Part shown: positions 1-22,536 of the stretch, piece by piece
Layout of the letters: the number at the start of each line of letters is the position of its first letter
Numbering within the stretch: position 1 is the stretch's first letter
Origin: the human T2T-CHM13v2.0 reference genome, Homo sapiens
Reading direction: 5' to 3' (one strand)
NCBI RefSeq assembly: GCF_009914755.1
Contig: NC_060925.1
Length of the DNA: 64,000 nt
Notes under the pieces: generated by a model
Seen by the model: the letters and a program-made list of their open reading frames with translations, nothing else
What the model was told of the DNA's origin: nothing
Database searches by the model: none
Made by a program: the position numbers and the translations under genes

Positions 1-509
1 CATGAACTCCCATGGATTCCATTCTCACATGATCCCTCTTCTTTTGGGATTCCACACATATGATCTCATTGCTTTCTCCAAGTTGTACAAATACTACTCA
101 TACTAAGCATTCATATGGGTAGCATGTATTATGAAAGATTTGGAGGTGGAGTACAGGGAGATGATGAAGGAAGTGTTTAAATTGAAGTGATGTACACTTA
201 AACTTTGCATAAGGATCAACTCCAATCTTAATTTTTTTTTCAGTTGTCCTACTATTCTAAGGGTTTCTCACTAACCTTTAACTCTGTATCTTTTAAAATG
301 TTCCTGGCTTCATTCTCTCCCCTTCCCATTTCCTCTTTCCTCTAGAACTGCCCTCTGTACCCCAAAGTGGTTTTCCTCTATTATGCTGAGCAATTTTGCT
401 CTCTCCAGTTCTGAACCTCCAACTTGAATATTTGAACCCATCATGTAGGGTCTTATATTTAATGGAATCCATCCTCTGTAATACATATGATACAGCTATA
501 AAAACCTAA

Positions 510-876
<367 letters not shown>

Positions 877-1078
877 AGTTATGTGATAATTAATAAGTAG
901 GAGGGAAGCACAGAATATTAGGTAAAATTAGAAGCAGAGTGACTTTTAGCCAGACTGGAAACTTGAGTTATCACATGGACTTCCACACTGCTGGGAAATA
1001 TATAATGTTCTGTGTACCTGTTTAATCATTAATATATTGATATTTTATTAACTTGATCTCTAAGTAGAAACTTTACAA

Positions 1079-1379
1079 GCTGGGCGCAATGGCTCACACC
1101 TGTAATCCCAGCACTTTGGGAGGCCAAGGTCGGTGGATCACGAGATCAGGAGTTCAAGACCGGCCTGGCCAAGATGGTGAAACCTTGTCTCTACTAAAAA
1201 TACAAAAAAAAAAAAAAATTAGCCGGGCGTGGTGGCAGGCGCCTGTAATCCCGAGGCTGAGGCAGGAGAATCGCTTGAACTCAGAGGGCGGAGGTTGCAG
1301 TGAGCCGAGATTGCGCCACTGCACTCCAGCCTGGGCAACAGAGTGAGACTCTGTCTCAAAAAAAAAAAAAAAAAAAAAA
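1079..1379 (+). mobile_element. Alu (AluS-type) with TSD AGAAACTTTACAA
   Basis: Alu dimer, poly-A tail, AGAAACTTTACAA on both flanks. Confidence 0.93.
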
Positions 1380-1667
1380 GAAAGAAAGAAACTTTACAAA
1401 ATCTTCAGTTTGCCAGTCCCTGAAGTATGGAGGAGATGAAGTTGAGTTTTGTGGATCTGAAGATTATATCGTTTTGGCAGGTGCTTTTTTATGGTTAGTC
1501 TTAAACATAAAAAAAATTACTGAAGGCATACTTCAGTAAATCTTTAAGGTCCTGCTTTAGAGATGATGAAGGGGAGGCTATTGTTAGCACCTGGGAGGTA
1601 CTAATGCTGGTTAAGTCGCTTTGTACAATTTTGCCTAAGACTGGAACTACTTAAGTAACTACAAATC

Positions 1668-2144
1668 CTGGGATTACAGGCACGTGCCACCATACCTGGC
1701 TAATTTTTGTATTTTTAGTACAGACGGGGTTTCACCATGTTGGCCAGGATGGTCTTGAGCTTCTGACCTCAGGTGATATGTCTGCCTCGGCCTCCCAAAT
1801 TGCTGGGATTACAGGCGTGAGCCACTGTACCTAGCCAGTTTTTTGTTTGTTTGTTTTGAGATGCAGTCTTGCTCTGTCGCCCAGGCTGGAGCGCAGTGGC
1901 ACAATCTCAGCTCACTGCTGCAACCTCCACCTCCCGGGCTCAAGCGATTCTCCTTCCTGCCTCAGCCTCCCAAGTAGCTGGGATTACAGGTGCCTGCCAC
2001 CATGCCTGGGTAATTTTTTGTATTTTTAGTAGAGATGGGGTTTTGTCATGTTGGCCAGTCTTGTCTCAAACTCCTGACCTCAAGTGATCTGCCCACCTTG
2101 GCCTCTCAAAGTGCTGGGATTATAGGCATGACACTGTGCCCAGC
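1668..2144 (-). mobile_element. Two adjacent minus-strand Alus (one partial, one full)
   Basis: Reverse-complement Alu motifs at 1668-1836 and 1840-2144. Confidence 0.9.
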
Positions 2145-2467
2145 CACTTCTAGTTAAGTTCAATAAGCCAAGTTCAGTTTAATAAGCTGCGTTCCAAGAA
2201 GTTGAAATGCGTCATGCCCAGATTTCAGTGGTTCACAGCCCATATCTTCAGTGGCAGAGAGACAAGACCAAGTGGAACTATCTATTGCAAACTGGTGTCC
2301 GTGTTGTTCTGTGAAGAAGGGATGATCAAGTGAATATGCAGTTTCACCATCAAGATATTTAGGAACATCTTTCCCAATGGGGTTTCACTGATATCCATGC
2401 AGCCAGCAATCTGTCAGAATTCTTAGGAAGGACTCAGAGCAGTGTTTGCTGTGTTAAGAGTATGAAT

Positions 2468-5004
<2,537 letters not shown>

Positions 5005-5779
5005 TTAAATTTTAAGCTTCCTTAGCTTCATGGTAAATATGCCTCTAAGCCTGCCTGAGATTTGGGAAACTTCTTTCTGCCTGCTTTATTTCTGGCCATC
5101 AGTCCTTCTGGAAGGCAATGTGGAAAAGGACCAAATTCCACCATATTAATTACTGCTGAATGGGTAGCATAACATCAGAGCAGGAAGCCTGGATCATCAC
5201 AGAAACCAGCCTTTCACTAGCTCATTAAAGGTCAACTTTGAAATGAGAGAAACAAGTAGAAATAGCAAGAATCTATCCGGAAAACATCCGGGTTATTATG
5301 ACTATTTTCTCAGCATTATGCTGATTGTTCAGAGGTTGTTTGTACTGTATTATGAAGTGTGGAAAAGAGCCAAGATGATTAGGCCAACCTCTGTTATTTA
5401 TAAGTTCCCTTGGCAGTAAGATCTCCCTCCTTTTTTTAAAAAAAAAAATTAATTTGCTAGGGATGGAATATCACACCATTTTTAATGAGATGGCCCCTGG
5501 CTTGCTATAGTATAGCCAGGGATGACACAGAAGCTATGTTTTCCAGCTATCTTTTTTTTTTTTTGAGATGGAGTCTCGCTCTGTCACCCAGGCTAGATTG
5601 CAGTGGCTGATTTTGGCTCACTGCAACCTCGGCCTCCAGGGTTTAAGCAATTCTTCTGTCTCAGCCTCCTGAGTAGCTGGGATTACAGGCGCTGGCCATC
5701 ACACCCAACTAAATTTCATATTTTTAGTAGAGACAAGGTTTTGCCATGTTGGCCAGGCTGGAAGCTGTCTTTTAAATTG

Positions 5780-6110
5780 ACCTGTGACTATATATCTGAT
5801 GTGATCTGATTTGTATTTTGAAAAGTTCCCCTAGCTGTTGTGTGGAGAGCTGATAGTGGGGACAAGAGTAAAAGCAGGCAAATGAGTTAAGGGGGTATTG
5901 CAGTGGTGTAGGCAGGAGATGATGTGGGTTTAGCGTTGGTAGGTGGGACTTCTGATAAGTGGTTGGATCCTGGATATCTTTTGAAGGGAGAGACAACAGG
6001 ACTGCTAAAGAATTGAACGTGAGGTGGGTGGGGTGGGGGTTGAGAGATGGGAGGAAAAGAGGATTGAAGGTTGCTTCCTAGAGTTTGGCCTGACCTAGTA
6101 GATGAAATTA
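5780..6110 (-). mobile_element. L2 fragment
   Basis: Purine-rich degenerate L2-like motifs (GCTGTTGTGTGGAGA, GGATCCTGGATATCTTTTGAAGG); from memory of consensus. Confidence 0.55.
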
Positions 6111-7600
<1,490 letters not shown>

Positions 7601-8389
7601 AAGAAAGAAAGAAAAAGAAATGCTGGCCAAAATTTAAAGAAATGTAGAATGAAGTTGGAAGAAAAAAAACATCTCCAGGGTCCAGAGTGAAGAAAGAGCT
7701 GAAACCAGACAGATAAATAGTTTACTAAAGTGATAGAAACTGATCAACTTAGAGCAGAAGATGTAGCTATGCTGGGGAAGGGCTATAATTCCAACAATCT
7801 AAAATATTCTAGGATATACCTAATATGGGAGGGGACTACACAAAGGCATGGATCAAGAGGTGAGAGTCATTTGGTGCTACCTTGAAGGCTGAGTTCCACA
7901 ACCTACCTGGCAAAGCGCTAAACCAACTGATGTGCTGGCCAATCAATGGCAAGACAATGTGATTGGGTGGGGGATGAGAGAAGTCATAAGTACCATGATC
8001 AGTTCCATGAATGAGGACTGTAGCTTCTACCAGTATTCCTTCCTTGCTGTGTCATGGATATTTTTTCTCCTTTATTGAGGTATAACTTACTTATAGTAAT
8101 ATGCAGAAAGTCAGATATATTTTTAAAGTAATTTTCTTTCTCTTTTCTCTTAGAATCGTGTGGTATGGGTTGATGATGGTTAAATTTGTAATTTAGTACA
8201 CAAATTGTAAACTATAGAGAGGGGTCATGATGGAACTAGGAAAGAAATAAATGAACATGGGTTGTCTCCTTTTAGAAGGAGTTGAGTGTATCTTTTGTTT
8301 GCATCTGAGATAATTATGTTAGGCAGAGGCATTTAAAAAATTGTATATGGCATTTTAAAAAGTGGGAAGACGTTGCTTGGCAACCCATG

Positions 8390-8860
8390 GTTGGAATGCA
8401 GAGGACATCTGTTGTTTTTCTCTATCAGCATTCTACCTCTTTCTCTGGAGAACACCCCCTCCCCCACTACACACTGGTTTGGTGGGGCTGTCAATCATTG
8501 TTCAATGCCCTTCCTTAGTCAGGGGATGATACTCAATCCCAGCTAGATCAACTGGAAGTGATTTCTCTGGAAGAAAATTTTAGTGGGAGACAGGAAGACA
8601 GAAAACTTGAAGCTGATTCATTTTCGGGCAGTATCCTGAAGGGATTTCCTATGAGTTTCTGTTACCTGCATGTCCAGAACTGCCTTGATTCCTGTATATC
8701 TTGATACTTGGCTGTTCGCACGGTTCTTTTTTTTTTTTCCAAATTGTCTTTTGACTCTGTGAATTTTCACATTTTCTTTCAATAAATTCCTTTATGTTCT
8801 TTTTTAAGTTAATCAGAGTTGGCTTCTGTTGCTTGTGGCCAAATAATTTTAATTAGTACT
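8390..8860 (+). mobile_element. Old ERVL-class LTR (LTR33-like)
   Basis: 3' end AATAAATTCC...TTAAGTTAATCAGAGTTGGCTTCTGTTGCTTG is typical of ERVL LTRs; boundaries approximate. Confidence 0.5.
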
Positions 8861-9395
8861 TAATCTCTTGGCATTAGCTCAATTAAGAGGGTCCCATTGC
8901 AAAGAGGACCCAAAAATGAGATAATATTTAGTGATTCAGTATTTTCAACAAATGCATATTGCAATTTTCTCCTCAGGCATAACTCCACAGTATCTGAATT
9001 GGAAAAGGTTTTAGGAAGGGTACCAGTAATTCCTGACACATTGTATTCAGGACCACTATCTGAGGTATGGCCTCACAGGTTTTGCACTACAAAAAACTCC
9101 TGGAAGTGAAACTTACACAGGTTATGGTGTGAATGGTGCTATTGGTACTGTGCAGTGAAGTGTCCTGTTACATTCAGTCCCTATTGCTGAATTTGGCTTT
9201 TTGTGCTAGCCTCATGCAGCTTCCTCCTCTTGAATTTTCTCTCAAACCCACAGTTGAGTTCCCTGCAATCAGTCAGGGCTGTACCAGCCCATCAGATCAA
9301 TTTGTATGTGTCTGAATCAGATGGTGGACAGAGATCAAGACTTTGTTTCTCAAGAAGTTCCTAGAAAATCAGTGGATATACTGAATGTAGAAAAT

Positions 9396-9786
9396 CAGTG
9401 GATACACTGAATGTTTGTGTACTTCCCAAATTCATATGTTGAAACGGTAACCCACAGTGGCGGTATATGGAGATGAGGCCTCTAAGGAAGTAACTAAGGT
9501 TAAATGAAGTCATAAGTATGGGGCCCTATCTGATAGGATTAGTGTCCTTATAAGAGACACTAGAGGACTACCTCCACCCCTATTCATTCATGCATCGAGG
9601 AATGGCCATGTAAGAACATAAAGGTGGTTGTCTGCAAGCCAGAAAATGAGCCCCTACCAGGAACAAAATTGGTTGGCACCTTGATCTCAGGGTTTCAAGC
9701 CTCTAGAACTATAGGACAATACCTTTCTGTTGTTTAAGCCGTTCATTCTGCATTATTTTCTTATGGCAGCTTAAGCAGGCTAGACA
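9396..9786 (+). mobile_element. MaLR solo LTR (MLT1A-like)
   Basis: TGAATGTTTGTGT..CCCAAATTCATATGTTGAAAC start, GGCACCTTGATCTC..GCCTCTAGAACT..TTTCTGTTGTTTAAGCC end; its 5' end is overlapped by a 26-bp tandem duplication (9362-9413). Confidence 0.8.
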
Positions 9787-9883
9787 GATTTAAATAGATA
9801 TGTAGAGGTGGAGAGAAGGGTATTATTGGATTCACTCATCAAAAGCACTGACTCTGAAGTTATGTTCAATCTAGCCATCTTGC

Positions 9884-11258
9884 TACATAAAGAAGTGGAA
9901 ATTAATTGATTGGGCATTTGTCGAGGGAAGGATAGACAGATGAATAAAAGATATGGGACAGGAAAGAACTGAATTTTGCTGTATTTTATGTTTTCTTTAA
10001 CATATAATCCATTAATATCTTGTTATTGAAGCAAGGTAATTATTACACCACCAGCACCACACACACATACATAAACACATGAGCGTTAAAGTCATTAGGA
10101 AAATGCAAATTAAAACCACAATGAAATGTCACCCCACACCCACTAGGATGGCTACAATTTAAAAAAAAAAAAACAGACAATAACAAGTGTTGGAGAGATT
10201 GTGGAGAAATTGAAACCCCCATACGTTGATGGTAGGGATGTAAAATGGTGCAGCCACTGTGGAAAATAGTTGGCACTTCCTCAAAATGTTAAACATAGAA
10301 TTTCCATAAGGCCCATACGACCCAGTCATTCTTTATTATTATTTTATTATTCTTATTTTTTTGAGACAGAATTTCCCTCTGTCGCCCAGGCTGGAGCGCA
10401 GTGATGTGATCTCGGCTCACTGCAACCTCTGCCACCCAGAGGTTCAAGCAATTCTCATGCCTCAGCCCCCCATGTAGCCAGGATTTCAGGCAAGCACCAC
10501 TATGCCCAGCTAATTTTAGTATTTTTAGTAGAGATGGGGTTTTGCATGTTGGCCAGGCTGGTCTTGAACGCTTGAGCTCAAGTGATCCGCCCACCTCGGC
10601 CCCCCAAAGGGTGGGATTACAGACATGAGCCACTGCCCCGGCCGTGACCCAGTCATTTTACTCCCAGGTGTATACTCAAGAAAATTGAAAACAAATGTTC
10701 ATACAAAAGCTTATATACCATATTTGCAAACTATTCATCCAACAAGGGATTAATATCCAGAATATACGAGGAACTCAAACAACTCAACCATAAAAAATAA
10801 ATAATCCCATTAAAAAGTGGGCTAAGGATATAAATAGATATTTCAAAAGAAGACATACAAATGACCAACAGGTATTTGAAATAAATGCTCAGCATCACTA
10901 AACATCAAGGAAATGCAAATCAAAACCACAATGAGATATCATTGTACCCAAAAAGGAACGATTGTCATCATGATTATGATTATTATTGTTATTCTAAGAG
11001 ACAGGCTCTTGCTCCATTGCCCAGGCTAGAGTGCAATGGAATGACCATAGCTCACTGTAGCCTTTAACTCCTGAGTTCAAGCAATCCTCCCACCTCAGCC
11101 GCCCCAGTAGCTAGGACTACAGGCATGCACTACCACACCTGGCCAATATTTTAAAAATTTTTCTAGAGATGGGATCTTGCTATGTTGCCCAGCTGCTCTC
11201 CAACTTTTGGCCTCAAGTGATCCTCCTGCCTCAGCCTCCCAGAGCACTGGGATTACAG
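9884..11258 (+). repeat. Left arm (segments A+B) of ~1.37 kb inverted repeat
   Basis: Reverse complement of 11901-13262; e.g. 8 differences in ~420 bp (9884-10304) and 4 in 300 bp (~10665-10965). The ORF track independently shows the same peptides on opposite strands (10885+ / 12005-; 10043- / 12816+). Confidence 0.97.
10332..10643 (-). mobile_element. AluS inside left arm (mirror copy at 12501-12813, +)
   Basis: TSD GACCCAGTCATT; same private variants in both copies, so it predates the duplication. Confidence 0.92.
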
Positions 11259-11323
11259 GCTTGAGCCACCTCACCCGGCTGAGACTCCATCTCTACAAAA
11301 ACATTAAAAATTAGCCAGGTGTG

Positions 11324-11838
<515 letters not shown>

Positions 11839-11900
11839 CTATCTCAAAAAATAAAATAAAATAAAAAGTAATAGCCATTCTCAGGCATGGTGGCTCACAT

Positions 11901-13262
11901 CTGCAATCCCATGCTTTGGGGGTCCGAAGCAGGAGGATTGCTTGAGGCCAAAAGTTGGAGAGCAGCTGGGCAACATAGCAAGATCCCATCTCTAGAAAAA
12001 AATTTTAAAATATTGGCCAGGTGTGGTGGTGCATGCCTGTACTCCTAACTACTGCGGCGGCTGAGGTGGGAGGATTGCTTGAACTACAGTGAGCTATGGT
12101 CATGCCATTGTATTCTAGCCTGGGCAATGGAGCAAGAGCCTGTCTCTTAGAATAACAATAATAATCATAATCATGATGACAATCATTCCTTTTTGGATAC
12201 AATGATATCTCATTGTGGTTTTGATTTGCATTTCCTTGATGTTTAGTGATGCTGAGCATTTATTTCATATACCTGTTGGTCATTTGTATGTCTTCTTTTG
12301 AAATAACTATTTATATCCTTAGCCCACTTTTTAATGGGATTATTTATTTTTTATGGTTGAGTTGTTTGAGTTCCTCGTATATTCTGGATATTAATCCCTT
12401 GTTGGATGAATAGTTTGCAAATATGGTATATAAGCTTTTGTATGAACATTTGTTTTCAATTTTCTTGAGTATACACCTGGGAGTAAAATGACTGGGTCAC
12501 GGCCGGGGCAGTGGCTCATGTCTGTAATCCCACCCTTTGGGGGGCCGAGGTGGGCGGATCACTTGAGCTCAAGCATTCGAGACCAGCCTGGCCAACATGG
12601 CAAAACCCCATCTCTACTAAAAATACTAAAATTAGCTGGGCATGGTGGTGCTTGCCTGAAATCCTGGCTACGTGGGGGGCTGAGGCATGAAAATTGCTTG
12701 AACCTCTGGGTGGCAGAGGTTGCAGTGAGCCAAGACTGCACCACTGCACTCCAGCCTGGGTGACAGAGGGAAACTCTGTCTCAAAAAAATAAGAATAATA
12801 AAATAATAATAAAGAATGACTGGATCATATGGGCCTTATGGAAATTCTATGTTTAACTTTTTGAGGAAGTACCAAACTATTTTCCACAGTGGCTGCACCA
12901 TTTTACATCCCTACCATCAACGTATGGGGGTTTCAATTTCTCCACAATCTCTCCAACACTTGTTATTGTCTGTTTTTTTTTTTTTAAATTGTAGCCATCC
13001 TAGTGGGTGTGGGGTGACATTTCATTGTGGTTTTAATTTGCATTTCCCTAATGACTTTAACGCTCGTGTGTTTATGTATGTGTGTGTGGTGCTGGTGGTG
13101 TAATAATTACCTTGCTTCAATAACAGGATATTAATGGATTATATGTTAAAGAAAACATAAAATACAGCAAAAGTCAGTTCTTTCCTGTCCCATATCTTTT
13201 ATTCATCTGTCTATCCTTCCCTCAACAAATGCCCAATCAATTAATTTCCACTTCTTTATGTA
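11901..13262 (-). repeat. Right arm (inverted B+A) of ~1.37 kb inverted repeat
   Basis: Reverse complement of 9884-11258; carries a private 15-bp deletion near 12084. Confidence 0.97.
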
Positions 13263-13263
13263 A

Positions 13264-13962
13264 CCAATATTTTTAAAATTTTTGTAGAGATGGGATCTTA
13301 CTATGTTGCCCAGCTTCTCTTCAACTTTTGGCCTCAAGCGATCCTCCTGCCTCAACCTCCCAAAGCACTGGGATTACAGATGTGAGCCACCATGCCTGAG
13401 AATGGCTATTATTTTTTTTTTAATTACAAAAAAAAAGGTTTTTTTTGAAACAGAGTCTCCCTCTGTCTCCCAGGCTGGAGTGCAAAGGTGCAATCTCGGC
13501 TCACTGCAGTCTCCACCTCCTGGGCAATTGTCTTGCCTCAGCCTCCTGAGTAGCTGGGATTACAGGCGTGTGCCACCACACCTGGCTAATTTTTTGTATT
13601 TTTTAGTAGAGATGGGGTTTCACCATGTTGGTCATGCTGGTCTTGAACTCCTGACCTCATGATCCACCTGACCTCGTGATCCGCCTGCCTCGGCCTCCCA
13701 ACATGCTGGGATTACAGGCGTGAGCCACCGTGCCCGGCTTTTTTATTTTATTTTATTTTTTGAGATAGGGTCTCGCTCTGTCACCCAGGCTGAAGTGCAG
13801 TGGCACAATCATGGCTCACAGCAGCCTTGACCTCCCTAGCTCAAGTGATTCTCCCACCTTAGCCTCCCAAATAGCTGAGACTACAGGTATGAGTCACCAC
13901 ACCTGGCTAATTTTTAATGTTTTTGTAGAGATGGAGTCTTGGCTGGGTGTGGTGGTTCACTC
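13264..13962 (+). repeat. Third copy of segment B (13264-13379) and forward copy of segment C (13380-13962)
   Basis: 13264-13379 matches 11143-11258 directly; 13380-13962 minus the Alu at ~13439-13738 is the reverse complement of 11259-11900 minus the L1. Confidence 0.92.
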
Positions 13963-14240
13963 CTGTAATCCCAGCACTTTGGGAGGCCGAAGTGGGCAGA
14001 TCACCTGAGGTCAGGTGTTCAAGACCAGCCTGGCCAACATGGTGAAACCCCATCTCTACTGAAAATACAAAAAATTAGCCGAGTGTTGTGGCACGTACCT
14101 GTAATCCCAGCTACTTGGGAGGCCAAGGCAGGAGAATTGCTTGAACCTGAGAGACGGAAGTTGCAGTAAATTGAGATCACACCATTGCACACCAGGCTGG
14201 ATGACAGAGTGAGACTCTGTCTCAAAACAACAACAAGAAA
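13941..14240 (+). mobile_element. AluS inserted in an older AluJ
   Basis: Full dimer; AGAGATGGAGT on both flanks. Confidence 0.9.
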
Positions 14241-14369
14241 AGAGATGGAGTGGCACTGTGTCACCCAGGCTGGTCTCAAAATCCTGGGCTCAGGTGATTC
14301 TCTCACCTCAGCCTCCAAATATGCTGGGATTATAGACATTATCCACCTCGTCTGACCCATAATGACTAC

Positions 14370-16345
<1,976 letters not shown>

Positions 16346-16359
16346 AAAAATTACGTTAA

Positions 16360-16806
16360 AAAAAGTTCATAGCAGCATTATTCATAAAACAACCCAAATG
16401 TCTATCAACTGATAAATGGATAAACAAAATGTGGTATATTCACAAATAAAATATTATACAGCCAAAAAGAGAGTACTGATATATGCTGCACCATGGACGA
16501 ACCTTGAAGACATTATGCTTAGTGAAAGAAGCCAAACATGAAAGGCCACCTTTTAATGATTCCACTTGTATGAAATGTACAGAGTAGGCTAACTCATAGA
16601 GACAGAAAGTAGATCAGTGCTTGTGGGGTGAGAGGAACAGGGAATGACTGCTAATGGGTATGGAGCTTCTTTTTGGGGTAATGAAAAATTTCTGGAATTT
16701 GATAGTGGTGATATTTGCACAACCTTGTAAATATACTAAAAACCACTGAATTGTACGCTGAAAAGGGTGAATTTTATAGTATGTGAGTTATATTTCAATT
16801 AAAAAA
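16360..16806 (+). mobile_element. L1MB-type 3' end
   Basis: ATGGATAAACAAAATGTGGTATAT, CATTATGCTTAGTGAAAGAAGCCA, ACTAAAAACCACTGAATTGTAC motifs; continuation of the L1 broken at ~10700. Confidence 0.8.
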
Positions 16807-17194
16807 CCCAGAAATGATAGCAAACTGATTTCTATATTTATAGACCTTGGGCAACAAGCGTTTTGGTAACACCACCCAGCTTTGCATTTTCCACCAAAAT
16901 GTTAAGCAAAAGAATTACTCAGAGGACAAGGAGAAAAAGCTGGCTATAAATTTTGAAACATAATTTTTAAAAATCTATATTGCATACAATGCTGATTATA
17001 AATATGCAATGTAAAGCTCTGCAAAATGCAAACAGTATCTAAATGTAAAATGTAGAAAGTTGCAGTTTCCTATAACCCTATTGTAGGGATTAATGTAATG
17101 CTAGCAGTTTAACAGATCAATCCTAACATCTCAAATGCCTAATAAGATAAGATTTTATCTTTTACCAGTGAAATCTAAAACAGAATTTTGCCCC

Positions 17195-18240
<1,046 letters not shown>

Positions 18241-19001
18241 TGATTCAGAGACCCAAGGTCATTCTATCTTCTGTCTTCATCTTGAACACACGACATTCAG
18301 AGTTGCCACAGAAGGAGAAAGAGCATGGAGAACTGTCCACGATTCCATTGGCCAGATCTCAGGCACACGGCCATAGTTATCTGCAAGAGAGACTGAGAAA
18401 TGTAAGCTGATGAGTGGCCAGGCGGAAGAGGAAACAGATTTGTTGAACTTTTGGCCAGTCTCTGCCACACATTTCTCACCAACAACTCTGTCAATAGTTT
18501 ATAGCAAAGTCCTCCACCTTTTTTTGGTATGCATATACTAATATATAATAACATTTTTAGGGAATCATGCTATGTATATTGGATACTATGGACTGGGTAG
18601 GCTGATTCAGATATGACCTGCGCTTATTTAGTCATCATCCATATACATTCAGAATTTAGAGTATACTGATTCAAACCTTGGTAACCTCAAGCGGGCATTA
18701 CACATTGTTATTCAGATGTTTCTCATACTGACTCAGATGCTACTCAGCACACTCTTACATGTAAGCCTGTGGGGATGGCCAGTCCCAAGTCCGAAGAATT
18801 GAGGAGGGTTTCATAGCTCTGCTGAGGTTTATCTCCCTATGAAGTTGCTTTCTTTACTCCTTCAAAAAAAATTCGTATTATCTGGCTTTTTATATTATAT
18901 GTTGTTTTAATTTTAACCTCAGATGTGGTTAATTGTTCTCTGCATTTCATGGCACATTACTGTCATTGGTCCATGCAATTCTTCTTCCACTTCTCCCCCT
19001 G

Positions 19002-19275
19002 TCTCATATATGTGTATATATGAGAATTGGGCTATGGAATGAAGGGAATATATATATATACACACACACACATGCACATACAGAAAATAACTGAAACCAA
19101 GCCATGAGGAAAAGAAAACAAATTAATTGTTTTAATTCACAAACCAGCTTTGTATGAAAAATAAACCTGTTAAATTTCTTATGTGTATGTGTGTATATAT
19201 GTACACACACACACGCGTGCACACGTGCACGCACAAACACACACACATATTCCCTTTCATTCCATAGCCCACTTC
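19002..19275. repeat. Compound (TA/CA/TG)n microsatellite with local inverted copies
   Basis: 19024-19050 is the reverse complement of 19248-19275; 19082-19180 is the reverse complement of 17473-17580. Confidence 0.9.
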
Positions 19276-19682
19276 CTTTCTCTCCCGATAGACAACCACT
19301 ATAATGTGTTTAATATGTATCTTGGTATTTGTGTCTTGCAAAACATATTTTACGTGCAAATATTTTAAATTTAATATTTAATAAATATTTAAATTTAATA
19401 AATAAAGTGACTTGTGTTTATTATGTATTCTGTTATCACTTTTTAAAATCAGCACTGTTTTTAAGTTCAAGATCTATCCATGTTGTTAAGTGTACATCTA
19501 ATTCATTGGTTCCAATTGCTGTATAGTACTTCATGGTGTACCTTCAACACATTTTATAGATTTATTCTCTAAGTGATGAAAATCCAAATTGTTTCCACAA
19601 TTATTGCTCCTCCAAAACACAAATGATGCTTCAATGAAGATTCTAGTTCTTTTCTTTCTTTCTTTCTTTCTTTTTTTTTTAG

Positions 19683-19841
<159 letters not shown>

Positions 19842-20359
19842 TAGTAGAGATGGGGTTTCACCATGTTGGCCAGGCTCGTCTCAAACTCCTGACCTCAGGT
19901 CATCCATCTGCCTCAGCCTCCCAAAGTGCTGGGATTACAGGATTCTAGTTCATGAACTTTTATGGACTTGGGTAGGAATTTCATTGAGATACTGACTCGG
20001 AAGCCGATTTGCTTGATCATTAAGTATACAGACACACTATTTGACTATGTACCACCATGCTGCCCTCTAAAGTGGTTGCACCAGTCTTCATGTCCACCAT
20101 GGAGTTCCTCTTTCCCCAACAAATATCACTGTCATATCTCTAATTTTTGCTATCAGATTAGATTATTAATTTACATTTTTCTGATTGTAATTGCATTTAA
20201 GCATCTCATCACTTGCTTACTATCCTTCTGCATTTCCTCTCCTGTGTATTGCCTACTCATAAATCTTTCCATTTTTTTTCTTTTTTGTAATTGGGGTTGC
20301 TCTATTTTTCTGCTCTATTATTGGGGTTGATATGCAGGACTTCCTTTTCTTTCCTAGGT

Positions 20360-20991
<632 letters not shown>

Positions 20992-21783
20992 CTCTAGATA
21001 ATAATCCTTTATTGATATTATAAATGGCAAGTATCTTTCGCCAGTTCATCATCTATCTTTTAACTTTGTTCACATAGTCCTTCAATGAACCAAAAATCTT
21101 AATTTCCTTTTTTTGATTTTCAGTTAACCAGCAGTTTTATCTTGATTTCTATATAATCAAATTCATTAATTTTTTACCTTGAGTTATACTTTTTTAAGTT
21201 TTAAAAAAGTTTATTCCCTGTCCCTAGGTTATAAAAATATCTTCCTACTTTTTTCTATTAAATTCATAATTTTACCTTTTATGTTTAGGTCTTTAAGCCA
21301 TTTGGAGTTCACTTATATAGGTGGTGTTAGATAGGGATCTGGTATTATTTTTCTCCATATAGTGATCCTATTTATCAAACGCTTTCTTATTATACAATCC
21401 AATCAGCCTTTTTGCCAGTTTTCAATGTATTGCCTTACAGTTCCAAATCTACCCTTCATTGCCTGCTCAGCAAAAATCAAGATGGACCCTTTAAATATTT
21501 CTCCTTTGCCAGGGGCATGATACAAAGCTTTGTCAGTAAGACCGTGCTAAAGGGACACAGAGGAAAATGAGTTTCTCCTCTTCTATCTTTCCATCTCGTC
21601 AGGATTTTGCAGTATGTGGGATTGCAGGATTTTGCAGTTTCTGTGGCACTGAGCTAGTACCACATGGCTTCTCTAGACCTGCCTCCTACAGCACATAGCA
21701 GCCAGCATCGCTCAGTGTCCTCCAACTCCCCCTGGCTTCCTCTTGGGTAGATTTCTAGCAAATTTCACTGATATGACACCTTA

Positions 21784-22536
<753 letters not shown>

